Source: Clytia hemisphaerica (taxonomy: Eukaryota). Taken from it: DNA of 64,000 bases. Positions 25,954 to 38,500 of the stretch are shown here, one piece after another. Numbering within the stretch: the first letter of the stretch is position 1; each line of letters starts with the position of its first letter. The stretch spans positions 483,995-547,994 of the forward strand of contig NW_027104280.1 in the NCBI RefSeq assembly GCF_902728285.1. The letters are read 5' to 3'. The notes under the pieces were generated by a model that saw only the letters and a list, made by a program, of their open reading frames with translations, did no database searches and was not told the origin of the DNA. The translations under genes and the position numbers were made by a program.

Positions 25954-27893
25954 CTGACTGGTGGAAGTGTTATATGGCGTCATATGAGTCAAAGACGTCC
26001 TCGTCCCAGCTCACTCTTACACTTTGATATTTGAGTCTACACCTACTTTTGTGCTTTACACATTTACCAGCGTCTTAGAACATCTTGCGCTTATGTTTTT
26101 AACTTTTTATTTTATTTTATCCTTTATGTTTAAAATCACGAAAATTTACGTAATGTATTATGTGATAATTCAATAGAACTAGAACTAGAGGCGGTTACGG
26201 ATGAGTACGGTGGGAATAAATCTTTGAGGAATAGCTCCCATCATACATTGTACGGTGAAGCCCCCGTATCTTGTACGGTGGTCAAAATAGGTTAACTTGT
26301 TCCCACTTTACGCCCACTGGAGAACACCGTACAATGTACGGCAGTGTCCAGGGTCATGAACAAACACTTCAAAAAACCACAACATTAGACATAAACTAAA
26401 CCTGAAAAATCACCAGCGAAGTTAAAAAAATAATCCTTATTCGGCTGACTGTAAATTATTCTCCTGGGGAATAGAACCGTCAAATGATCAAATAAAAATA
26501 TTGATCTGAACCCCCTGATTTACAGGGGCTTTTACTAATGTCTTGCGCTTGACAGGGGTTTTCTTGCACAGGAAGATAAATTTCCATCAACAGATGACAT
26601 CTTATGAGGATTTCTATATTTTTAAAGGGCAAGGTTCTCTAGAAACTGGCTGAAAGTGTCTTTTTCGGAAAAAAAATTTTGGTTGTAGAAATCAGATTTT
26701 CTTTTTGGGGAAATTCCCTGTTTTGTCATTTTTCAAGCTTCATCATTCATGTTTTTCAAGCTTATGTATCTAATGCTATGCCTGTTATCTTTTCTCTTTT
26801 TTTCGAACATCATCTTTATTCAGCATGTTTCTTCATTACTATCTATCTCAGGAAGGTCTATTCAGCATGTTGCTTGTTCATTTTATAACATTTTACACCT
26901 GTTCCATATTCTCCCTAAGGGTGTCCTGTAATTATCCCAAATGTTCTGAGTCTTTATGCAGGACACCTTTGAGATGAATTTTAAAACAATAAACTAAATT
27001 TCTTGAATGTTTAATGACCATATTTTGGCAAATTTTAATATTAAAAATCGAATTTGGATGTCTAGGTAGGATAAAGTAATGTCCAAATAAGTCAAAAACG
27101 TCTTGTAGTTGCTCCAGTTGACTTTACATATCCTCAGGTTGGTAAGATTTCGTCTCTTAGTAATGTTTCTACTGTTTGATTTTTTCTCCAGATATACATG
27201 AAAGTTTGTGTCAAATAGCACCTCTTATTATTAGGTCCTTATTCACTTTAAGATAAGATTGTACTGTTGAAAGATTTTATATAAAATATTTGAGTAGGTT
27301 CAGCTTATAGAGACTCTAGTGTAACCTCTAGAGGGTGGACTTCTCCCAGTGGCTGTAACTTAAGAAATGAAAAACTTTTAATGATTGATCAACTAAAAAC
27401 TATATTTCTTACTTTCCTACTTCTATAATAAGTTCTTGTTACTTATTTCACGAAAACAGTGGCCTGCAAACTGAAGTTTTCTATTGGTGAGGATACGTGA
27501 GATCCTTGGTAGATTATTGCATATTTGATTGAGGTACTAATATTGCATAGATCAAAAAGAGCCTTGTATGGTTATGTATCTCTTCCACTGGAATATGACA
27601 TTAAAATAATAAATGAATTTACATCTGTTCATTTAGGGAGAAGGGGCAGTCAAAATGGAGACAGACCTTCCAATGAAGAGGACGACGCAACTGCTCAAGG
27701 TGAGCAACAACTCAGTCAAGTTGAGCAACAGCTCGGTCAAGTTGGATTAGATGATCAATCATCAAATGATGCTCCTGGAGCTGTCGGAGGCCCACCTATT
27801 GTTCCTGCTGGAGCATCTTCCGGAAATGGAGCAGTAGCAGGAGGTTCTGGAGGTGCCATTGGTGGTGACGGAGTCTACACAACTAGCAAAGAG

Positions 27894-29066
27894 ATGTACG
27901 ATAATAGTACAGACTACATTGTAGCATCTTTAGCAGAGGGAATGGTACCTAATGAGGACCAGAGTGGATTCTCTTTCCAAATAGAACTAATCAAACGGCT
28001 GGAGAGGTTTCTTATCCTTGGTACAGAGGGAAATACTTACTATGCAAGTGAAAAAGACAGAACATATGAAAACATAAGTTGTATAAATGAGCTCTTAGAA
28101 AAAGGAGAAGTGGATAAGGTTTTGCACATTCTCAAAACATTTAGTGTTCAAGGGAGATGTCCAAAAGAGGAACCAATCCTGGTTGCTTTGGTGCAATGTT
28201 GTTATTTCCAAAATGCTGAGATCCGTAAGAAGGCTTATGATTTAGTTACTCCAATTTGTAATATACCAACAAAGCTGTTTAGATTCATTGAGCTTTGTCA
28301 GCAAAACGTCAATCAGGAAAGAACAGCAAAGAAGCATTTAACAGAACTACCAAAAGAGCTCAAGAAGAATCCTCTAAAGCAGAATCCATTAAAAAGGAAA
28401 AAAGAACCGATGGAATCAGAAGAATGCATAGAAGAAGCACCTGATTCAAAAAAAGCCAAAAAGCAGAAGAAGAAAAATAGCCCTTTCAAATCTTATCACA
28501 CTGACAAAGCTCGCTCTTCAGGCTGGGGGCGCATGCGTAGGAGAGGGATATCTAGCTTTTATTGTGATAAGAATAAAAGTGCTGAACGGTTGCTGTATTT
28601 GTTGACAAAGTTTAAAAACCGAAACAATTGGAATCATCGGCAAGTTCTTGGTTACGCTCATCCAAAGATATCCAAAGATGATGAGGAACAAGATGGCAAG
28701 AATTTGGTCCTGGCGTACTGCACCAGAGGCGTGGAAGGTTTTCAGAAGAAGCTAAACGAAATCAAGAGAAGATCAGCAAATTGTTTGCCACAGAATGTGT
28801 CTCGTATTCAAAACTTTGTTCAAATTCTTGAACAGGTCAGTAAGCTATCACCAGAAAATGAAGGTGATGAAGAGAAGCTATTGGAATTTTTACGTGGTTA
28901 TGGCATTCGTGAAAGTGCTGACGAGTTTGCAGTTGAAATTGTACTCCCTGGAGTCCCCCTCACTCCACCTCCACCATCATCTGGTAAAGAAAAAGCAAAA
29001 AATTCTAAGCAACCATTCCAAGTTGTGCGAGAACATATACCAACTGCGTTCCTCAGTTCTGCAAAG
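27894..29066 (+). CDS. RO60: Ro60-like A exon 1
   Basis: Donor aag|gtaaat. The 5' boundary is uncertain. Confidence 0.65.
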
Positions 29067-30655
29067 GTAAATGTTAGTTAACAATGATAACACTGATAGA
29101 CTTTTATTTTATCAATTTTTAGATATGCCACAGTTATCATGATAATTAAGAGATTATTTTAGATTGTAACTTTAAAATTAAGATTAATTTAAAATTTTAG
29201 ATTCCACCTAAAATGATAAATATTGAGTGAGTCATTCATTCATCTTTGTTGTTCTCTTAGGTTTGGGAAGCATTGTTGCAAGACATGCCAATGACAGCTA
29301 TGCTGCGAAACTTGGGGAAAATGACTTCCCTTGGTTTGTTTCAGAAGCCCGAAAACTTGAAAATTGTATTGGACGCTTTAGGTGATACAAATCGTCTTCA
29401 GAAAGCAAGAATTCATCCCATTAAGGTTGGAGTCAATTTATCTTACCTTTCCACTTTTAGCAGTTGATTACAATCAAGTCAGCTGATTCAGTTATTATTT
29501 TTGTGACCATTTTTATGATCCTCATTGTAAGTTCTTCTTACATTACATCTCTTCGTAATGCTAAACAATATTTCTTCACTTTCAGCTTTTGATTGGGATG
29601 AAAGCGTATGAAAATGGTGCTTCATTAAGTATGATGAGTTCTGTCACAAAGACAAACACAACAACATGGGAAGCAAACCAAGAAATTTTGAAAATCTTGG
29701 ATAAAGCCTTCTATAAAAGCTTTAAGGTAATAAGATTGTTTTTTCTTTCAATGCTGATGTTATGGTGTCAGAATGCTGTGATGTAGATTGAAATTTTCAA
29801 ACATGAAAAGCAAAAACTTCCTGAAATTTTAAAAATCTATATCTGCTATTATAAGTGATATCTGCTAATTTTCTCCTTTCAGCAACCAGAAACGCAAGAT
29901 GCATTTAGAACAGGGAAACGGTTTATGTTGGCATTGGATGTCAGTGGTTCAATGACATGTGGTGGCTGTAATGGTTGTGAACAGCTCACCCCCTCCATAG
30001 CTGCCACCGCACTCTCTATGGTCACATGGAATATAGAAGAGCACGTGGAAATGGTGGCCTTTGGTGGTCGTTTGGAGCGATTGGAAGATCATGGTTTACG
30101 CAAAGATTTGACCATCAATGATGCTTGGAGGAAGATGAGTCGGGTACTGATTATCATATTTCAGAGAATATTCTTTAATTCGTTCCAATCGTCTATTTTA
30201 CAAGACCTTTCCAACTCTAAAGTAGAGAAAGAATTCAAGTCTTCTGGGCTATTGAAAAAAAAAACTTTTTGGACCCATCTTTTCTACATTCAACAAATGC
30301 TCCAGAAATTTTTTATGTTGTGTTGTTTAATTGATTCGATAATGTTTTGTTTCAGATCAACTTTGGTTCAACAGATTGTGCGTTACCAATGAATTATGCG
30401 ATAGACCGTAATCTTGATATTGACGTCTTCATTGTTTACACCGATTCCGACACTAATTCATATAATCATCCTCACAAAGCATTGCAAAGATATCGCGAAA
30501 AGATGGGTAAACCTAACGCTAAACTCATCGTGATCGCCTTGACATCCAATGGGTTTTCTATCGCCGATCCTAACGACCGCCACATGCTGGATGTTGTTGG
30601 CTTTGATCCAGCTGTCCCTGAGATGATCTGCAATTTTGTTAACGACAGTTATTGA
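27894..30655 (+). CDS. RO60: Ro60/TROVE2-like RNA-binding protein, paralog A (TROVE + vWA with intact MIDAS), 5 exons
   Basis: join(27894..29066,29261..29425,29586..29726,29883..30143,30356..30655). Collinear with human Ro60 (recalled from memory): [109 protein letters not shown]. The start codon is uncertain: it is the first in-frame ATG before the TROVE core, and the ORF is open further upstream through a G/A/S-rich low-complexity stretch. Confidence 0.8.
29261..29425 (+). CDS. RO60: Ro60-like A exon 2 ([21 protein letters not shown]...ARIHPIK)
   Basis: Acceptor tcttag|gtt; donor aag|gttgga. 165 nt, phase 0. Confidence 0.8.
29586..29726 (+). CDS. RO60: Ro60-like A exon 3
   Basis: Acceptor tttcag|c; donor aag|gtaata. 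141 nt. Confidence 0.8.
29883..30143 (+). CDS. RO60: Ro60-like A exon 4 (vWA MIDAS, DVSGSM)
   Basis: Acceptor tttcag|caa; donor cgg|gtactg. 261 nt. Confidence 0.8.
30356..30655 (+). CDS. RO60: Ro60-like A exon 5 (terminal)
   Basis: Acceptor ttcag|atc; stop tga at 30653-30655. Confidence 0.8.
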   Translation: MNFGSTDCALPMNYAIDRNLDIDVFIVYTDSDTNSYNHPHKALQRYREKMGKPNAKLIVIALTSNGFSIADPNDRHMLDVVGFDPAVPEMICNFVNDSY

Positions 30656-30937
30656 GCATATCACTCATAACATTGGAGTCTTTCTCGGTGGCTTGAGTGA
30701 TCTCAGTACCACTGGACTCTTTTTTGAAATCGAGCTGTACCAAACTACGGACTCATTTAACCTTGTTTAGGCATTCTTACCTGAGTTGTGCGGGATTCGA
30801 TTGAGAAGCATATAATAAGAATTAATAAAAAGAGTCATAAGGCAGGGAACAAACAATTATATTTCTTGTATAGAAGCAGTTTACATTGAATGCTACACGC
30901 GAGGAGCTGGAAACCAATGTTTCATTCTTTTCAAAAT

Positions 30938-30945
30938 TGACGTCA
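30938..30945. promoter_or_regulatory. Palindromic CRE/ATF-type site TGACGTCA ~540 nt upstream of the paralog B ATG
   Basis: Exact TGACGTCA. Conserved at the equivalent position upstream of paralog C (40061-40068). Confidence 0.25.
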
Positions 30946-31483
30946 CTTCAAAAAACAATGAAATTTCATATACTGTACATACATGCAAGGAATCATTTAA
31001 AGTTTTATATTTCATTTTATTTTATTTTAAACGAACTATAACATCATGTTAGTTTTTTACCAATTTAATTGCTTAAAATATTGCATTGAGCTTGAAGCTC
31101 TTCTTTCAAAATTTAATCAATATATTATACAAAACTTTATAATATTACTTTTATTGTGATTTGATTTCTTTCAAAAATCAATTTCTTTTGTAAATAACCA
31201 TCATCAATATTGATATTGTTTTTGTTTGTGAACTATTTTTATAATCTTTGGAATAATATATCAAAACATTTTGTTTTTCCTCTGCTCTGTTGTCCAAGCT
31301 CCTGATTTCATTGCTTTTTTAGATGTGCTTTGTTAGTTTCTTTAAAAGAATATCCTTCTTAAAGCATTCTGTATTTACCTAATATCTATCATTTCTTTTA
31401 TTTCCACAGAAAAAAAAACAAAAGATATAAATAAACAAAAACACATTGACGGTCACCCTTAGAGGTGAAGAACCACAGCTACT

Positions 31484-32539
31484 ATGGATCCATTCAAAAA
31501 ACTTGCCCTTTTGAAGGCCAAAATGACCAGCATGAGTAGGGCCCAGATTGCGGAAGCCATCCGAAACATGACCCTGGGAGTAAACACAACAGAACAAGAG
31601 CCAGACCTTACTACACCACAAAATCAACCTTTGCAAGGACAGTCACAGAACTCTGCAGGTGGTTTTTCCTACACTGTAGATAATATAACCAGACTGAAAA
31701 GATATCTGATATTAGGTTCAGATAAAGCAAAATACAAGAGTGGCTCTCAAGCAGAAAATGTTCAAAACATTCCAGTTGTTGAAGAACTTTTAAAGGAGGG
31801 CAAGGGAAAGGAAGTGATTGATTTGATCGTTCAGTTTGCTCGTGAAGCACGTATCTCAAAAGAGGAGAACATTTTGATGGTATTACGTGATTGTATGATG
31901 TATCAGGGAGATACCATGTATGAAGATAGGACCATACAACGAGCTGCTTATGACAGTATTGTCAAAATCTGTAATATCCCAACCAAGCTTTTCCGATTGA
32001 TGGAGCTTTGTAAACCATGTTATCAAAATAATTGGAAGCCTTCAACCAAGCCAGTCAGTAAGACGCAACTACGGAAGAAAGCAAAACAAGCAGCTCAACA
32101 GCAGAATCCAGGGCCTTCCACCTCCACTGAAACTGCAACCGCTCAACCACCGTCAGCAAAAGTGCCAGTTGAAACATGTGAAATTGTTGAAGAGGGTGAA
32201 CCTCCCAAGAAAAAGAAAAAGAAGACGAAGAAGAAGAAAAAACCAAAGGAACCCAAACCTCAAACAACGCAAAGGTTCAAAAAATCTTCCAGTTGGGGAC
32301 GTGCTAGACGGCGTGGTGTCGGAAATTTTTACACCGATCCAAGTAAAGATGCCAATCGATTGTTATTGTTGATGACAAAGTACAAACAACGTCATAATTG
32401 GAACCATGTTCAAACGTTGGGTTATTGTCATCCAAAAATGATGGGAGACGAGGAACAAGCTAAGAATATCGTCCTCCAGTATTGCACACGTGGCAAAGAA
32501 AAGTTGGACAAATATCTGGTCAAGAAAAATATCGATGGG
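31484..32539 (+). CDS. RO60: Ro60-like B exon 1
   Basis: ATG at 31484; donor ggg|gtaacg. Confidence 0.8.
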
Positions 32540-35500
32540 GTAACGATATTTCATTCTTTTCTATTTCATTTTTTAAAAATTTGTAAGAAGAGATATGGTA
32601 CTTTCATCACTGTCTGTGTATTGTAGGGAAAAGTTTTCCCAAATCTCTAATCCTTTACTTACACAACATTTAAACAAAAGAAAGAACAACCCCATTTTCA
32701 GAGCTGTGCGAGCACAAATTTTGAGAAATTCTTTTGTTTGTTATACTTTGTCCACCAAGAGGCTTCTTATTAAAAAAGATCCTTAATATTTCCACTACCG
32801 TCCCTGAACACTTCCGGGAGGTAATCGAAAAAGGTCGAATCCAAATACAGCACCATGTATATGTATGTATCATGCCTGATCCAAGTTTAGTAAATATCAT
32901 GAAATTTTCACATTGATAACAATGGTTTCTTAATTTTTGGATTTTCTTTCCAGAATCAACCAATGGATCCAATCACATCTCAAATATTACAACACATAAA
33001 AGTTCTTGAGGAAGTCAAGAACCTGAAACCGGATGTCCCGGCCGATGTGAAGAGATTGCTGGAATTGTTGCACCAATACGGTATTCGGAAGGTGCCACAA
33101 GAATTTGATGTGGACGCTGCAGGTCAGATGGTACAAGTGGAAAACACTCAACGTAAAAAATGTTCTTTTCAACTGACCAGGGAGCATTTACCAAATGGCT
33201 TCCAAAAATTGAAGGAGGTAATAGTTGATCAATTAAACAAAATTTAAAACCGCTAATATACGGTTTTTTCAATCCCGATCAGCCCGATCAGATTTTGAAA
33301 GCTTGACTAAAAGCTCTTTTAATCGTAATTAAATACAATTTCACTCTACTCAACAATCCCAATCTTTCTCCATTAAAATTTTTAGGTTTGGGTGGCTCTA
33401 CTTCAAGACATGCCCATGACAGCCTTGATCAGGAATCTCGGCAAAATGACCAGCCTTGGGCTCTTTGATGATCCGGCAAACAGAGAAATCGTCAAGAAGG
33501 TTTTAGGGGATGGCTCTATTTTGAACAAAGCAAGAATTCACCCAGTCAAGGTTTGCTATTTATTTAGAGTGATGGCCAAGGTGCATAAACCAGGGGCTCC
33601 CTGCTTCTTTCGATGTTCCGATATTGAATAGGCATTTTTCGAGCCCTTTTAGTTTTGGCGCACGTTTTCTACATGCCAATAAAAGCCGGGTGTAAATTTA
33701 TGGGAATACGGTATTTATCTTTTTGCTTATTGGTGATATTTAACGTTAAATTTCGACAATTTTACACTTCACTACTCCTTACATGAATGATCAAATACCA
33801 ACTATATATCCATGCAGGGAAAATTAGAAAAGTAATGCGCCGTGATTGAACCTGTAAGTAATGCACCGTAATTGAACCTATAAATAATGCACCGTGATTG
33901 AACCTATAAGTGATGCACCGTGATTGAACTTGTAAGTAATGCACCGTGATTGAACCTGTAAGTGATGCACCGTGATTGAACCTGTAAGTAATGCACCGTG
34001 ATTGAACCTTGTTACAGATTCTGTTAGCATCAAAGATGTATGAGCAAGGCAATGGTGATCAAGGGCAAAGCCATCAACAACAACAAAAAAATCAAACAAT
34101 TAGTCAATCAACCAAAGAACCACTTACTTGGAGACCAAACGCTGAAATCTCCAAAGCTCTCAATGATGCTTTCTACTTAAGTTTCAGGGTAAGCTCTATT
34201 CTAGAAATGCAGGCATGGTTAACATAGTCAAGCATTCTGCTATAACGAATTCCTATGGCTCGTGCGCTAGAGTTTCATTTATCATTTGAACTTTTATATA
34301 CTTGCTAAAATTGATTAGTTTTCTTGAGAATCTCTTTCATTGTTTCCATAGCAACCCGGCAAGAATTCTTCATTCCGTACAGACAAAAAGTTCATGCTAA
34401 ATCTGGATGTTAGTGACTCTATGGATTGGGGTAACTGTGTAGGGTGTGATTTCCTGACGCCCGCTGCCGCCTCTTTCGCCCTGGCCATGATTACGATGAA
34501 TGTTGAGCCACATTGTAGTGTGTTTTCTTTCGGGGGAACGCTTCAAAATATCGATCATTTATTGAAGAGGGATATGACCATCCTTGAAGCCATTCAAGTG
34601 GGACGCTCTGTAAGTCGAGTCGAAGAAATCTTGTTTTAAATATTCTCATTACTTTATTTCTTCGAACTTGGGCCTCACATAAAACAGAACATCATTCTTA
34701 GAACGTCAAAAATGTCTAATTCCGAATTCTATTTGAATCTTTCTATAGTTCGAACTAATTCCCAGTCCCCATCAGCATCAATTTTCAATATTCCCTTTCG
34801 ACTTTGAATGAGCGAGACTAAAATATATACATTATCGGCCAAAACTTAGCCGGCCTCAATTATTAGTCGGCCCTAATTTTAGTCACATCATCAAAATTTA
34901 GTCACTTAGGGTCGACTAAATTTTGGCCGATAAGGTATAAAAAATCGACTTCCATGTCAATAGCTTTATTCCGCAATTTTCTGTGCTTTCTCTTTTTATC
35001 AGTTATGTCATCATGCCTCATTAAACTTAACTTAGGACATCCATATTATCTTTCAGCTCAATTTCGGTGCAACAGACTGTGCTCTACCAATGGTGCACGC
35101 CACGCAGAACAGGCTGGATGTGGACGTTTTCATCGTTTACACTGACTCCGAAACTTGGATTGGAAAAGTTCATCCTTCTGAAGCTTTAAAGAATTATCGG
35201 CAAAAGATGAACAAACCGGATGCCAAACTCATCGTCATGGCAATGAAGGTTTGTCTGTTCTCCACACGGCCCTGTAATGTAGTCTGTGCCTCTAAAGAAT
35301 CCTGCATTGTAACACACATGCTTAATTTGTCGTTCTTTAAACCATATATAGTTAATTCCCGTGATAAACAAAGAGGAATGAATCTGTAGGGGTGGTACCA
35401 TTGAGTTTCAAGCCGAAGGCTAGAGGTCAATCTCCTTGGTAGGATTTGAAGCCAACAAATCCTACCAAAGTTGCGCGGCCTTGAGCGACCCGCCTGGTTT

Positions 35501-38500
35501 TTACACAAATAACAGATTGAAACTAAAATTTACCGCTTAATTTCGAAAAATATATCACTCGAAAACAAAGGAATTGCTAGATTCAATCCGTCATCAAAAA
35601 TACGGCGCATATTTTAAGGCTTCAATTTTTCTTGCCTGAGAAAGGTTAGAGATTGACCTCTAGCCCTTCGGGCTTGAAACTCAATGGGTGGTACATGTCA
35701 CTTTCGGTCGGGGCTGTGGACGGCCAAATATGTCGATTTTTATGAAATTTGTCGTTTTTTTTGTCTATTTTTAGTAATGCAGGATTCTTTAGATAAACCC
35801 CTCATGATATTATGATATCTCGTTATAAAAAGTGATGGCATCAATTCATTTCAGTCGGTTTCAATCCTGTAAAACCTTAAAAACACACGGTGAATAGGTC
35901 ATCAACTTCTAGTTATTAGAATTCTGTAGATAACCCTTTTCTTTTTCATTGTATTCGAACTCTTTGTATGACTTCCCAAGGGAATGTTGTGGTGCTTATA
36001 AAGACTTTTTTACAGGTTTTGTACGGGATTGTTGTGGTGCATATAAAGACTTTTTTACAGGTTTTGTACGGGAATGATGTGATGCATATTAAAACTTTTT
36101 TACAGGTTTTGTACGGGATTGTTGTGGTGCATATAAAGACTTTTTGACAGGTTTTGTACGGGAATTTTGTGATGCATATAAAGACTTTTTTACAGGTTTT
36201 GTACGGGATTGTTGTGGTGAATATAAAGACTTTTTTACAGGTTTTGTACGGGATTGTTGTGATGCATATAAAGACTTTTTTACAGGTTTTGTACGGGATT
36301 GTTGTGGTGCATATAAAAACTTTTTACAGGTTTTGTACGGGAATGATGTGATGCATATTAAAACTTTTTTGCCTGTTTTTACAGGTTTTGTACGGGGTTG
36401 TTGTGGTGAATATAAAGACTTTTTTACAGGTTTTGTACGGGATTGTTGTGGTGCATAGAAAGACTTTTTTTACAGGTTTTGTACGGGATTGTTGTGGTGA
36501 ATATAAAGACTTTTTTACAGGTTTTGTACGCGGATTGTTGTGGTGAATATAAAGACTTTTTTACAGGTTTTGTACGGGATTGTTGTGATGTATATAAAGA
36601 CCTTTATTACAGGTTTTGTACGGGATTGTTGTGATGTATATAAAGAATTTTTTACAGATTTTGTACGGGATTGTTGTGGTGAATATAAAGACCTTTTTAC
36701 AGGTTTAGTACGGTAATGTTGTAGTGAATATAAAGACCTTTTTTACAGGTTTTATACGGGATTGTTGTGGTGAATATAAAGAGTTTTTTACAGGTTTTGT
36801 ACGGGATTGTTGTGGTGCATATAAAAACTTTTTACAGGTTTTGTACGGGAATGATGTGATGCATATTAAAACTTTTTTACCTGTTTTTACAGGTTTTGTA
36901 CGGGGTTGTTGTGGTGAATATAAAGACTTTTTTACAGGTTTTGTACGGGATTGTTGTGGTGCATAGAAAGACTTTTTTTACAGGTTTTGTACGGGATTTT
37001 TGTGGTGAATATAAAGACTTTTTTTACAGGTTTTGTACGCGGATTGTTGTGGTGAATATAAAGACTTTTTTACAGGTTTTGTACGGGATTGTTGTGATGT
37101 ATATAAAGACCTTTATTACAGGTTTTGTACGGGATTGTTGTGATGTATATAAAGAATTTTTTACAGATTTTGTACGGGATTGTTGTGGTGAATATAAAGA
37201 CCTTTTTACAGGTTTAGTACGGTAATGTTGTAGTGAATATAAAGACCTTTTTTACAGGTTTTATACGGGATTGTTGTGGTGCATATATATTTTATTTTAT
37301 TGGACCTACCCCAGTGGAGGTCCTATAAATTAACCGTTGTATGTTCGTTCGTTCGTTACCAGCTTTTCTCGAGATTGGCTCATTAGTTTTTTCTGATTTT
37401 TTGCACAAAGATGCATAACTATAAACCCTCGAATGTGACGGAGCCCGATTTTCGAAAAAAAAATTTTTAGGCAAATCTGGGCCAAAAAACGGCTAAAAAA
37501 CGGGTTTTTTGGACTTTGTGAAAAATTGGATCATTAATTTTTTCTGATTTTTTGTATCAAAGTAGGGTACCATCATAGGTAAAAGATGGCTCAGGCAGAT
37601 TTTTGTAAAAAAAATTTTTTGGCTCAAAAACGCATGTTTATCTATAAGAATCACTATTAATAAGCATACATCAATGTTCTTAGTCAAATTACTCAATTAT
37701 TTTTATGAGATAGATGTATTTTTTGCTATTGAGGGCTTACTTTTGAAGAATATGTGTGTTTAGACATGAAATTTAGGCTGCTTGGCGTGCTTTTATAGAA
37801 AAACTGGCCTAATTCGATATTTTTTTATAAGCACATTATCAATTACTTAGGTATTAGCTTTTCTCGAGTTTGGCGCTTTCATTCTTTATGATTTTTTGCA
37901 CAAAGATGCATAACTATAAACCCTCGAATGTGACGGAGCCCGATTTTCGAAAAAAAAATTTTTTAGGCAAATTTGGGCCAAAAAACGACTAAAAAACAGG
38001 TTTTTTGGACTTTGTGAAAAATTGGATCATTAATTTTTTCTGATTTTTTGTAGGATAGTAGGGTATCATCATAGGTGAAAGATGGCTCAAGCAGATTTTT
38101 GCAAAAAAAATTTATTGGCTTAAAAAACGCATGTTTATCTATAAGAATCAATATTAATAAGCATACATCAATGTTCTTAGTCAAATTACTAAATTTTATT
38201 ATGAGATCGATGTGTTTTTTTGCTCACGAAGTCTTGAATATGAAAGAATATTTATAGAGCATGAAATTTTGGTTTCTAAACGGTTTTTTATAAGAAACAA
38301 ACGATTAATTTTAATAGATCGTCACTATTAGTGTTCTGAATGATTGTTTAATGGTCACGCTCACGTAGATATCAATTATATATGTGTTAAATGCATAACC
38401 AGGTAGGTCCATAAAGGTATCACTTGTTTTATTTTATTTTTATTTTCCAATTTATTTAACGTTGGGCTGACATCGTTATAATTAAAAATACTAATTAATA

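Noticed and set aside
27525-27893. The six-frame track begins the paralog A ORF at 27525 (MIEVLILH...).
   Set aside because: The track treats TTG as a start (checked at 27525 and at several other track entries). There is no ATG there and the segment has UTR/intron character. The first in-frame ATG is 27894.
33762-34099. Minus-strand ORFs encoding repetitive ITYRFNHGA... peptides.
   Set aside because: They are reverse-strand readings of the 26-bp minisatellite plus antisense of exon 4.
36144-37225. Several 60-110-aa ORFs (YKDFFTGFVRDCCGA... periodic peptides) on the + strand, and similar ones at 38717-39016.
   Set aside because: They are produced by the 45-bp (15-codon) satellite, which has one stop-free frame. 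They lie inside the last intron of paralog B, have no start context and no homology, so they are not coding.
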